Below, one piece after another: positions 33,727 through 40,407 of a DNA stretch of 40,407 bases (its first letter is position 1; every line of letters begins with the position of its first letter). The DNA is taken from the NCBI GenBank assembly GCA_016882235.1, contig VGKU01000002.1, positions 1-40,407 of the forward strand, written 5' to 3'. Source of the DNA: Candidatus Parcubacteria bacterium (GTDB lineage: Bacteria; Patescibacteriota; Patescibacteriia; UBA9934; GWF2-40-263). A model generated the notes under the pieces. That model was not told where the DNA came from, searched no databases, and worked only from the letters and a program-made list of their open reading frames with translations. The position numbers and the translations under genes are program-made.

Positions 33727-34575
33727 ATGCCAGTCAAACGCTACAAACCAACAACCGCCGGACGACGCCTTTCAAGCGTGGATACGTTTGAGGATGTCAC
33801 GCGAACAAAGCCGGAGCGCAAACTGACCGTCCATCGCAAACAGCATGCCGGGCGCAAGGGCGGGAAGATTACGGTGCGCCATCGCGGCGGCGGAGCCAAG
33901 CGCCGTATTCGCCTGATTGATTTCAAGCGCGACAAGTTTGAGATTCCAGCCAAAATTGCGTCCATTGAATACGACCCGAACCGCGGCGCGCGCATCGCCC
34001 TTTTGCACTACGCAGACGGCGAGAAGCGCTACATGATCGCGCCCCAAGGGCTCGGCGTGGGCGATTCGGTCGTCTCGTCCAAACAGAAAGGCGAGATCCA
34101 GACGGGCAATCGGTTTCCCCTGGAGTTCATCCCGATCGGCATTGAGATCTATGATGTGGAGCTCCTGCCAGGCAAAGGCGCACAGGCGGTGCGCGGTGCC
34201 GGCACCTTCGCACAGCTCATGGCCGTGGAAGGCGCATTCGCAACCATCAAATTTCCCTCGGGAGAAATGCGCATGGTTCCCAAGCAGTGCATGGCGACCA
34301 TTGGGCACGTGTCCAACCCGGATCGTCGGCTCATTCGCTGGGGCAAGGCCGGGCGCACACGTCATCGCGGCTTCCGTCCGACCGTACGCGGGAAAGCGAT
34401 GAATCCGGTGGATCACCCCCACGGCGGTGGCGAAGGGCGTAATCCCATTGGGCTCAAGCGTCCCAAGACCCCGACTGGTAAGCCGGCCATGGGCGTCAGG
34501 ACGCGCCGCAGGAAGGCGTCAGACCGGCTGATTGTCAAGCGCCGCAAGAAGGGACGATTTGTAGGCGGCAAGTAA
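33727..34575 (+). CDS. rplB: 50S ribosomal protein L2
   Basis: [14 protein letters not shown].., ...GGGAKRR.R.IDF.R and ...[14 protein letters not shown]. Start at ATG 33727. Confidence 0.97.
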   Translation: MPVKRYKPTTAGRRLSSVDTFEDVTRTKPERKLTVHRKQHAGRKGGKITVRHRGGGAKRRIRLIDFKRDKFEIPAKIASIEYDPNRGARIALLHYADGEKRYMIAPQGLGVGDSVVSSKQKGEIQTGNRFPLEFIPIGIEIYDVELLPGKGAQAVRGAGTFAQLMAVEGAFATIKFPSGEMRMVPKQCMATIGHVSNPDRRLIRWGKAGRTRHRGFRPTVRGKAMNPVDHPHGGGEGRNPIGLKRPKTPTGKPAMGVRTRRRKASDRLIVKRRKKGRFVGGK

Positions 34576-34595
34576 AAGGTTTCTAACCATTCCCT

Positions 34596-34895
34596 ATGGC
34601 ACGAAGTTTGAAAAAAGGACCCTACGTCCATCCGAGCCTCCTCAAGAAACTCTCGCGGATGCGCGTTGGCGATGCGACCCCGATCAAGACATGGGCGCGC
34701 GCCTCCACAATCACTCCAGAGATGGTCGGGTTTGTCTTTTCCGTGCACAATGGGAAGGATTTTATCAAGGTCCGAGTGGTTGAGAACATGGTCGGGCATA
34801 AGCTCGGCGAGTTCTCGCCGACGAAGAAGTTCATCCGCCACGGCGGAAAAATGCAAAAGGCGCAGGCCGCAAAGGCCACCGCGCCATCCACATAA
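34596..34895 (+). CDS. rpsS: 30S ribosomal protein S19
   Basis: [11 protein letters not shown]...L.KK.......[36 protein letters not shown]. Confidence 0.97.
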   Translation: MARSLKKGPYVHPSLLKKLSRMRVGDATPIKTWARASTITPEMVGFVFSVHNGKDFIKVRVVENMVGHKLGEFSPTKKFIRHGGKMQKAQAAKATAPST

Positions 34896-34904
34896 GTTAT
34901 TGAA

Positions 34905-35024
34905 GGACGAACGACATGGAGACCAGTTTGGGTGCACACGTGTCCAATCCCGAAGCTGTCGCAGAGCGAGAGCGAGGCGATGGAAAGGACCCGTAAGCCC
35001 AAAGTGGACCGATGTCGTTCGTCC
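34905..35024 (+). repeat. long-hairpin element, copy A (S19|L22 spacer, 120 nt)
   Basis: A perfect 13-bp closing stem pairs GGACGAACGACAU with AUGUCGUUCGUCC. The second helix is CCAGUUUGGG / CCCAAAGUGG. Conserved blocks are GUGUCCAAUC, GUCGCAGAGCGA, GCGAGGCGAUGGA and CGUAAGCCC. Confidence 0.8.
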
Positions 35025-35032
35025 CTCTCCCT

Positions 35033-35407
35033 ATGGAAGTGAAGGCTTACGCGCGCCACATCCACATGTCTCCGCAAAAAATCCGCCTGGTCGTGGATTT
35101 GATTCGAGGCAGACAGGTGTCGGTAGCGCGCTCACAACTCCAGTTCATGAATAAGGCCGCCGCAGGGCCGGTGTTGAAGCTCCTCAATTCCGCGGTGGCG
35201 AACGCCTCGCACAACTTCAAGCTGAATCCTGCCACCTTGTATATAAAGTCCGTGACGGCCGACGACGGGACGACGATCCACCGCTGGAAGCCGCGCGCGC
35301 ACGGGCGGGCAAATCCAATCCGCAAGCGCACAACGCACATTTCCATTGTGCTTGGGGAGAAGGTGGAGAAGCAGAAGAAGCAGGAGAAAACTAAGAAAGC
35401 GAGCTAA
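35033..35407 (+). CDS. rplV: 50S ribosomal protein L22
   Basis: MEVKAYARHIHMSPQKIRLVVDLIRG..V..A...L........A..V.KLL.SA.ANA. The canonical start is ATG 35033. The upstream ATG 35012 lies inside the 3' arm of hairpin copy A. Confidence 0.95.
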   Translation: MEVKAYARHIHMSPQKIRLVVDLIRGRQVSVARSQLQFMNKAAAGPVLKLLNSAVANASHNFKLNPATLYIKSVTADDGTTIHRWKPRAHGRANPIRKRTTHISIVLGEKVEKQKKQEKTKKAS

Positions 35408-35418
35408 GACGAACGGAT

Positions 35419-36063
35419 ATGGGAAATAAAGTTCACGCACGAGGTTTCCGCATCGGCGTCATCCGCGGCTGGGACGGGGTCTGGTTTGCCGACCGCAAAT
35501 CTTTCCGCCACTTGCTTCGTGATGATGTGCGCATCCGCGCGTTTTTGCTCAAGGATCTCAAGGAAGCGCAGGTGGATCATGTGGAGATTGAACGCTCGCG
35601 CGGCAATCTCAAGATCAATATCTTCAGCGCCAAGCCTGGGATCATTATCGGCCGCGCGGGATCCGGGATTGAAGAACTAAGCAAGAAGCTCAAGCAGGAG
35701 TTTTTCCCCGGCAAGCGGGTGAATTTGAACATCAATGTCAAGGAACTCCAGCGTCCGTCGCTCTCCGCCAAGGTGGTGGGCGAGCAGGTGGCCGCCGAAA
35801 TCGTCAAGCGCATGCCGTTTCGCCGTTCCATGAAGTCCGCGATCGAGCGCGTGATGAAAGCCGGCGCGTTGGGTGTGAAGATTGTCGTGAGCGGACGGCT
35901 CAACGGCGCGGATATTGCACGACGTGAAGCGATCGCGCACGGAAAAATCCCCCTGCACACCCTGCGCAGTGACATTGACTTCGCGAATGTGCGCGCAGAG
36001 ACGATCTGGGGCACGATCGGCGTCAAAGTCTGGGTGAATAGAGGTGAGGTCTTTGAAGAATAA
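35419..36063 (+). CDS. rpsC: 30S ribosomal protein S3
   Basis: MGNKVHARGFRIGVIRGWD..WFA.., the KH domain (..VDHVEIERS...L.I.I..AKPGIIIGR.G..I) and the C-terminal GRLNGA.IAR.E. Confidence 0.97.
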   Translation: MGNKVHARGFRIGVIRGWDGVWFADRKSFRHLLRDDVRIRAFLLKDLKEAQVDHVEIERSRGNLKINIFSAKPGIIIGRAGSGIEELSKKLKQEFFPGKRVNLNINVKELQRPSLSAKVVGEQVAAEIVKRMPFRRSMKSAIERVMKAGALGVKIVVSGRLNGADIARREAIAHGKIPLHTLRSDIDFANVRAETIWGTIGVKVWVNRGEVFEE

Positions 36064-36068
36064 ACAGA

Positions 36069-36184
36069 ACCACTCCCATTGGATCATTTCGGGCTGATGG
36101 GTTCCGTTCGATCGTCTTGCTCTGTGGCGTTCCCGCGAGACGATCGGATACCTGCCTGTCCAAACTGATCGCAACTGGAGTGGT
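36069..36184 (-). repeat. long-hairpin element, copy D (S3|L16 spacer, 116 nt), inverted relative to copies A/B/C/J
   Basis: The closing stem pairs ACCACUCC with GGAGUGGU, and an inner 9-bp stem pairs CGAUCGUCU with AGACGAUCG. Its reverse complement aligns along its length with copy A: CAGUUUGG, GGUAUCCGAUCG~CGUGUCCAAUCC, CACAGAGCAAGA~CGCAGAGCGAGA, CGAUCGAACGGAACCC~CGAUGGAAAGGACCC and AGCCCGAAAUG~AGCCCAAAGUG. Confidence 0.7.
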
Positions 36185-36196
36185 GCTGAAACAACT

Positions 36197-36616
36197 ATGC
36201 TGCTTCCCAAGAAAGTAAAACATCGCAAATGGCACAAAGGCCGTGCCCGCAACAAGCGTCTGGCGACGACGAAGACAGCCATCGCGTTTGGCGCCTACGG
36301 CCTTAAAGCCACGACCGGCGCCTGGGTAACCTCGCGTCAGATTGAGGCCGCCCGTCGCGCCATGACGCGCGCGATCAAGCGCGGCGGCAAAATCTGGATT
36401 CGCATTTTTCCAGACAAGCCAGTCACGACCAAAGGTTCCGAGATGCCGATGGGAAAAGGCAAAGGAGCGGTGGACCATTATGTCGCCGTGGTCCGGCCAG
36501 GCACCGTGATGTTTGAAATGGGAGGCATCAGCGAGGACTTGGCGCGTCGCGCGCTTGAACTCGCCGCGTATAAGCTTCCGGTGAAAACCAAGATCATCGG
36601 CCGTGACCTTGAATAA
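36197..36616 (+). CDS. rplP: 50S ribosomal protein L16
   Basis: [16 protein letters not shown]....A......AFG.YGLKA.....[40 protein letters not shown]. Confidence 0.97.
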   Translation: MLLPKKVKHRKWHKGRARNKRLATTKTAIAFGAYGLKATTGAWVTSRQIEAARRAMTRAIKRGGKIWIRIFPDKPVTTKGSEMPMGKGKGAVDHYVAVVRPGTVMFEMGGISEDLARRALELAAYKLPVKTKIIGRDLE

Positions 36617-36617
36617 T

Positions 36618-36773
36618 ATGGACGAGAAGAAACTGCGCCAAGAGCTTGAAGAAGCCCGCACGCGCCTGAAAGAATTGACCTTCAAGAACGCCGCGAGCCA
36701 GCTCAAGCAGATCCGGCAGATTCGCGAGACCAAAAAAGCAATCGCGCGGCTGTTGACCCGATTGGCGAACTGA
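36618..36773 (+). CDS. rpmC: 50S ribosomal protein L29
   Basis: A 51-aa ORF not in the supplied track (below the size cutoff): MDEKKLRQELEEARTRLKELTFKNAASQLKQIRQIRETKKAIARLLTRLAN. It occupies the canonical position between rplP and rpsQ and is a typical L29 helical hairpin. Confidence 0.88.
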   Translation: MDEKKLRQELEEARTRLKELTFKNAASQLKQIRQIRETKKAIARLLTRLAN

Positions 36774-36774
36774 T

Positions 36775-37023
36775 ATGACAAACACTCCGCACACCACTCG
36801 ACGCACGCTCACCGGCACGGTCGTGTCCGCAAAAATGAACAAGACCATTGTGATTCGGGTTGACCGGACGATTGTGCATCCCAAGTACGGCAAACGCTAT
36901 GTCCGTTCGCGCACGTACCATGTGCACGACGAGGTTGGATCCTTTCAGGTAGGGGAGGTGGTCCAGTTTCAAGAGTGCCGGCCGTATTCAAAGACGAAAC
37001 GTTGGCGTGTTCTAAAAAAATAA
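36775..37023 (+). CDS. rpsQ: 30S ribosomal protein S17
   Basis: ..TLTGTVVSAKMNKTIVIRVDRTIVHPKYGKRYVRSRTYHVHDE......GEVV.F.ECRP.SKTKRW.V. Confidence 0.96.
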   Translation: MTNTPHTTRRTLTGTVVSAKMNKTIVIRVDRTIVHPKYGKRYVRSRTYHVHDEVGSFQVGEVVQFQECRPYSKTKRWRVLKK

Positions 37024-37029
37024 ATAGAT

Positions 37030-37149
37030 GGACGAGCCATGTTGGATGCAGGTTGGGCGCACGGGTGTCCAATCGCCAGAGCGGGAGAGTGCAACCGCGA
37101 GGCGATGGACGGGACTCGTAAGCCCCACATGCGCTGACATGGCTTGTCC
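37030..37149 (+). repeat. long-hairpin element, copy B (S17|L14 spacer, 120 nt)
   Basis: The closing stem pairs GGACGAGCCAUGU with ACAUGGCUUGUCC (12 WC plus 1 G.U). The inner continuous helix is GUCCA(A)UCGCC / GGCGAUGGAC. Same length and block order as copy A. Confidence 0.8.
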
Positions 37150-37155
37150 ACTCCT

Positions 37156-37527
37156 ATGGTACAGCTTAGGTCCATGCTCGTGGTTGCCGACAACTCGGGC
37201 GCAAAAAAATTACAGGTGATCCGCGTGCTTGGGGGCTACCGGAAACGGTATGCCCGCATCGGCGATCTTGTGGTTGCCGCCGTGAAGCAGGCCGTCCCGC
37301 ACGCCACCGTCAAAAAGAGCGATGTCGTGACCGCCGTGATCGTGCGTACGCGCAAGGAAATGCGTCGTCAGGACGGGACCTACATTCGGTTTGACGAGAA
37401 CGCCGCGGTCATCATTGACAAGAAGACACGAGACCCCAAGGGGACGCGCATCTTCGGGCCGATCGCGCGCGAATTGCGTCCGCTCGGGTTTGGAAAAATT
37501 ATTTCGCTCGCGCCTGAAGTGCTCTAA
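37156..37527 (+). CDS. rplN: 50S ribosomal protein L14
   Basis: [42 protein letters not shown]...VKK.DVV.AVIVRT.K. Start at ATG 37156. Confidence 0.97.
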   Translation: MVQLRSMLVVADNSGAKKLQVIRVLGGYRKRYARIGDLVVAAVKQAVPHATVKKSDVVTAVIVRTRKEMRRQDGTYIRFDENAAVIIDKKTRDPKGTRIFGPIARELRPLGFGKIISLAPEVL

Positions 37528-37530
37528 AGA

Positions 37531-37653
37531 GACCTGTGTCCAAATGAGAGGAGATTGCGGCGCGCGGATGTCCAAGGGAATCGCGGGAGCGTGCTCCTGC
37601 GAGGCGATGGACGGAAATCGCCAGCCGCAAGGTCGCTCATTTGGAAACAGGTC
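37531..37653 (+). repeat. long-hairpin element, copy C (L14|L24 spacer, 123 nt)
   Basis: The 18-nt closing stem pairs GACCUGUGUCCAAAUGAG with CUCAUUUGGAAACAGGUC (17/18). The second helix is UUGCGGC / GCCGCAA. Blocks are AUGUCCAAGGGAAUCGCG and GCGAGGCGAUGGACGG. Confidence 0.8.
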
Positions 37654-37659
37654 ACACGT

Positions 37660-37983
37660 ATGAAAATCAAGACGGGAGACAAAGTCCGTATCATCGCGGG
37701 CAAAGATAAGGGGAAGGAAGGGAACATCTTGCAGGTGTTTCCCGAGCTTGGGCGTGTGGTCGTGGAAGGTGCCAATATCATGACGCGCCATCTCAAGGGG
37801 CGCGGCGAGCGCGCCGGGCAGAAGATCCAGTATCCCTCGCCGTTGTCTGTGTCCAATGTCCAGCTTGTTTCCCCCAAAACCGGTAAGGCCGGGCGTGTGG
37901 GGTATAAGCGGATTGAAAAGGACGGGAAGCGCGTAAAGATCCGCGTCCTGCGCGTCAAAGGCGCGAAGGAAGATATCGAATAG
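37660..37983 (+). CDS. rplX: 50S ribosomal protein L24
   Basis: MKIKTGDKVRIIAGKDKGKEGNILQVFPE..RVVVEG.NI..RH.K (KOW motif). Start at ATG 37660; the track ORF from 37555 runs through the hairpin element. Confidence 0.96.
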   Translation: MKIKTGDKVRIIAGKDKGKEGNILQVFPELGRVVVEGANIMTRHLKGRGERAGQKIQYPSPLSVSNVQLVSPKTGKAGRVGYKRIEKDGKRVKIRVLRVKGAKEDIE

Positions 37984-37986
37984 GCT

Positions 37987-38526
37987 ATGGCGATCAAAGA
38001 AACCTACAAAAAAGAAGTCGTTCCCAAACTGAAGGAACAGTTCGGGTACAAAAATATCCACGCCGTGCCGACGGTTGCATCGGTGACGCTGAACATCGGG
38101 CTGGGAAGCGGGCTCAAGGATGCCAAGTATCTTGAGACAGCCGAGCAGACGCTCACGCGCATCACGGGACAGCGGCCGGTCAAAACGCGCGCGCGCAAAT
38201 CGATCTCCAACTTCAAGATTCGCGAAGGAATGGTGGTCGGTCTGAGAGTGACGGTACGCGGCAAGCGCATGTGGGATTTCCTGGAGAAGCTTCTGCGCGT
38301 GTCCCTTCCGCGCGTGCGCGACTTTCGTGGCCTTCCTCCCAAGGCGTTTGACGGACGCGGGAACTATTCCATCGGCATGAAGGAACACATCGCCTTTCCA
38401 GAGATTCGCAGTGATGAGATTGAGTCCATTCATGGCCTGCAGGTCACCATCACAACCACGGCGACGACGGATGAGGAAGGGAAGGCCTTACTCATCGCGC
38501 TCGGACTTCCCTTGAAGCAAACGTAA
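37987..38526 (+). CDS. rplE: 50S ribosomal protein L5
   Basis: ...[22 protein letters not shown]....V.LN.G........L..A...L..ITGQ.P..T.A.KSI..FK.REGM.VG..VT.RG..MW.FL. Confidence 0.97.
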   Translation: MAIKETYKKEVVPKLKEQFGYKNIHAVPTVASVTLNIGLGSGLKDAKYLETAEQTLTRITGQRPVKTRARKSISNFKIREGMVVGLRVTVRGKRMWDFLEKLLRVSLPRVRDFRGLPPKAFDGRGNYSIGMKEHIAFPEIRSDEIESIHGLQVTITTTATTDEEGKALLIALGLPLKQT

Positions 38527-38566
38527 AGGAAGTGTAAATTGGACTGTTTTGACACCGTCCACCCCT

Positions 38567-38752
38567 ATGGCAACCGAAAACCAAATTGCCAAATCCCGCA
38601 AAAAACCCAAGTTTACGACGCGCATCGTGCGCCGATGTTGGCGCTGTGGGCGTCAGCGTTCATTCATGCGCGTGTTCGGCCTGTGCCGTATCTGTTTTCG
38701 GGAGCTGGCGAACCGCGGAGAGATTCCGGGCGTGCGTAAATCGAGCTGGTAG
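38567..38752 (+). CDS. rpsN: 30S ribosomal protein S14, Zn-ribbon (type Z) form
   Basis: 61 aa. [61 protein letters not shown] with the CxxC...CxxC motif. Confidence 0.95.
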   Translation: MATENQIAKSRKKPKFTTRIVRRCWRCGRQRSFMRVFGLCRICFRELANRGEIPGVRKSSW

Positions 38753-38764
38753 CTAAAGAAATTT

Positions 38765-38890
38765 CGATCGTTACAAAATTGGATGAGATTTCGATGCATG
38801 GGGAAGCCAGCCGTCGAGCCGTCGCAGAGCGACAGGGAGACGGTGGCGGAGTCCCCAGGAATCAAAATATCGCCAATTTTGTAACGATCG
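38765..38890 (+). repeat. long-hairpin element, copy J (S14|S8 spacer, 126 nt)
   Basis: A perfect 18-bp closing stem pairs CGAUCGUUACAAAAUUGG with CCAAUUUUGUAACGAUCG. It has the post-stem AUGAGAUU. The interior GUCGCAGAGCGACAGGGAGACGGUGG aligns with copy A's GUCGCAGAGCGAGAGCGAGGCGAUGG. Confidence 0.8.
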
Positions 38891-38896
38891 CCCTCT

Positions 38897-39289
38897 ATGA
38901 TGACCGATCCCATTTCCGACATGCTCGCGCGTATCCGAAACGCGCAGGCGGTACACAAGACAGAGCTTACCTTTCCTTTTTCAAGGATCAAATTTGCCAT
39001 TGGCAAAATTTTGGAAGCCGAAGGGTATGTCGCGAAGGCCGAACAGGTCAACGTCGGCAAGTTTCCTGCCCTGCGCGTGGAGCTGAAATACGATCGCAAA
39101 CAGCCGGCCATCCGCATGATCCGGCGCATCAGCAAGCCGGGACGGAGGGTGTACGCAAAGTCCGGAGAGCTCCCACGCGTCCTCTCTGACCTTGGCATCG
39201 CCATCATCTCTACTCCCAATGGTCTGATGACCAACAAGGAAGCACGCGCTCGCCGTTTGGGCGGCGAAGTGATTTGCGAAATTTCATAA
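38897..39289 (+). CDS. rpsH: 30S ribosomal protein S8
   Basis: MMTDPISDMLARIRNAQAV.K......P.S..K..I..IL..EGY........ ...GR.VY........P.V....GIAI.ST..G.MT...AR....GGEV.C. Confidence 0.97.
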   Translation: MMTDPISDMLARIRNAQAVHKTELTFPFSRIKFAIGKILEAEGYVAKAEQVNVGKFPALRVELKYDRKQPAIRMIRRISKPGRRVYAKSGELPRVLSDLGIAIISTPNGLMTNKEARARRLGGEVICEIS

Positions 39290-39294
39290 CGCCT

Positions 39295-39852
39295 ATGTCT
39301 CGCGTCGGCAAAAAACCTATCGTGATTCCCGCCGGAGTTGATGTCACCATGGACGGTTCTTTGGTGCGCGTGAGCGGTCCTAAAGGGGAGCTGTCTGAAA
39401 CCCTGCATCCCACGGTCCGCGCTTCTGTGGTGGAGGAAGACGGCGCGCGTGTGGTGCAAGTCACGGTCACGGATCCTTCCGTGAGTACGCAAGCGGCGCA
39501 GTGGGGGACGGCGCGCGCGCTTTTGCAGAACATGGTCACAGGCGTCACCGCAGGATTCTCACGCCAGCTCGAGGTGAACGGCGTTGGGTTTCGCGTGAAC
39601 ATGAAGGGAAAAGACCTCGTGCTCAACCTGGGGTTCTCGCACGATGTGCCGTTTGGGATTCCCGAGGGGATCCAGGCGGCGGTGGAGGGCAACGTGATTA
39701 CGATCAGCGGCTCCTCGCGCCAACGCGTGGGAGAGATCGCCGCGCAGATCCGGCGTCTGCGCAAGCCGGAGCCTTATAAAGGCAAGGGTATTAAATATGT
39801 CGGCGAAGTGATCCGCCGCAAGGCCGGTAAGGCGCAAAAGGCGGGTGAATAA
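39295..39852 (+). CDS. rplF: 50S ribosomal protein L6
   Basis: [28 protein letters not shown] ... [16 protein letters not shown]. Start at ATG 39295. Confidence 0.97.
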   Translation: MSRVGKKPIVIPAGVDVTMDGSLVRVSGPKGELSETLHPTVRASVVEEDGARVVQVTVTDPSVSTQAAQWGTARALLQNMVTGVTAGFSRQLEVNGVGFRVNMKGKDLVLNLGFSHDVPFGIPEGIQAAVEGNVITISGSSRQRVGEIAAQIRRLRKPEPYKGKGIKYVGEVIRRKAGKAQKAGE

Positions 39853-39853
39853 T

Positions 39854-40207
39854 ATGCCAAACATCATTCGCAAACGGGAACTTTCGGCCCGGCGCGTTCA
39901 TCGCACACGCGCGCGGATTTCCGGCACAAGCGAGCGGCCGCGGCTGGCAGTCAAGCGAAGCGTAAAGCATATCTACGCCCAACTCATTGACGACGCCACA
40001 GGACGCACGGTGGCGGCTGCTTCCGATAAAGAAGCCGCGCAGGGTGGAAAGCCGGTGGAGGTGGCAAAAGAAGTTGGAAAGATTTTGGCTTCAAAAGCCG
40101 TTGCCGCTGGAATCGCCAAAGCCGTATTTGACCGCCGTGGGTATCGCTACCACGGGCGCGTGGCGGCGCTTGCGGACGGGGCGCGCGAGGGAGGGCTGAC
40201 CTTTTGA
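39854..40207 (+). CDS. rplR: 50S ribosomal protein L18
   Basis: ...[38 protein letters not shown]..... ...A..VG..LA.KA...GI...[23 protein letters not shown]. Confidence 0.96.
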   Translation: MPNIIRKRELSARRVHRTRARISGTSERPRLAVKRSVKHIYAQLIDDATGRTVAAASDKEAAQGGKPVEVAKEVGKILASKAVAAGIAKAVFDRRGYRYHGRVAALADGAREGGLTF

Positions 40208-40210
40208 CGT

Positions 40211-40407
40211 ATGGAAAAAAATACGACCACAACCAAGAAACCGTCCGGCGGACGCGAGCGGCACGGGGGCGGGCGAGGACGGGCCCGGGCTCGGACGCAG
40301 GAAGTGAAGGAATTTGAACAGAAGATTTTGGATTTGGCGCGCGTGACGCGCGTGACGGCCGGCGGGAAGCGGATGTCGTTTCGCTGTGCGCTGGTGATCG
40401 GCGACAA
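40211..40407 (+). CDS. rpsE: 30S ribosomal protein S5, N-terminal part (3' end lies outside the window)
   Basis: From ATG 40211: MEKNTTTTKKPSGGRERHGGGRGRARARTQEVKEFEQKILDLARVTRVTAGGKRMSFRCALVIGD, the S5 dsRBD start (RV.kV.kGG+..sF.alvv.GD) after an R/G-rich N-terminal extension. Confidence 0.9.
   Translation, partial: MEKNTTTTKKPSGGRERHGGGRGRARARTQEVKEFEQKILDLARVTRVTAGGKRMSFRCALVIGD

Noticed and set aside
34905-35024. Self-cleaving ribozyme (twister-like), because of AAGCCC...AAAGUGGA strings in copy A
   Set aside because: The resemblance is limited to two short strings in one copy. The other conserved twister positions and pseudoknot partners are not evident, and copy D is inverted. This is insufficient for a ribozyme call.
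37028-37219. Small ORFs inside the hairpin elements (a 63-aa ORF at 37028, a 26-codon ORF from ATG 34917, and upstream extensions of rplV, rplN, rplX, rplB and rpsN)
   Set aside because: The copies are conserved at nucleotide level with indels that change frame between copies. The canonical r-protein N-termini begin downstream of each element.
37210-38433. Long antisense ORFs opposite conserved genes: 37210-38433, 30007-31068, 25257-26180, 32485-33507, 28158-29042, 4319-5212, 36023-36781 and 19385-20299
   Set aside because: Each lies opposite a gene with unmistakable homology (r-proteins, tuf, fusA, infB, the kinase, the antiporter). Such open antisense frames are expected in GC-rich DNA.

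Overview
GC-rich bacterial chromosomal window, almost entirely housekeeping genes. The gene content and several traits suggest a small-genome uncultured lineage (possibly Patescibacteria/CPR-like), but this is only an impression: split ComEC, a Zn-type S14, N-terminally extended r-proteins and long insertions in LeuS. Order: partial membrane protein; hup, rny and truB on the minus strand; then on the plus strand infB, trxA, trxB, gdh, leuS, a Nudix hydrolase, ugd, comEC plus a separate MBL-domain gene, and ndk. Next come an orphan RelA/SpoT-like nucleotidyltransferase, a promoter-to-terminator structured RNA, and a cation/H+ antiporter flanked by two paralogous small membrane proteins. These are followed by murA, an M50 protease and an orphan helical protein. 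The str/S10/spc ribosomal-protein cluster then runs from rpsL to the start of rpsE, interrupted between fusA and tuf by a methyltransferase, an APH-type kinase and an acidic protein. No tRNA, rRNA, CRISPR array, transposase or integrase was seen. Four things stand out. (1) A family of about 116-127-nt long-hairpin elements fills most r-protein intergenic spacers; internal blocks are conserved, closing stems covary, and at least one copy is inverted. (2) A roughly 280-nt structured RNA of unrecognised family (18069-18350) has its own promoter, a phased TGTGGA/DnaA-box array upstream and an intrinsic terminator, and sits just ahead of the antiporter module. (3) An orphan divergent RelA/SpoT-like protein lies immediately upstream of that RNA. 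(4) A second, unrelated palindromic repeat cluster with a 33-bp tandem array lies upstream of leuS.
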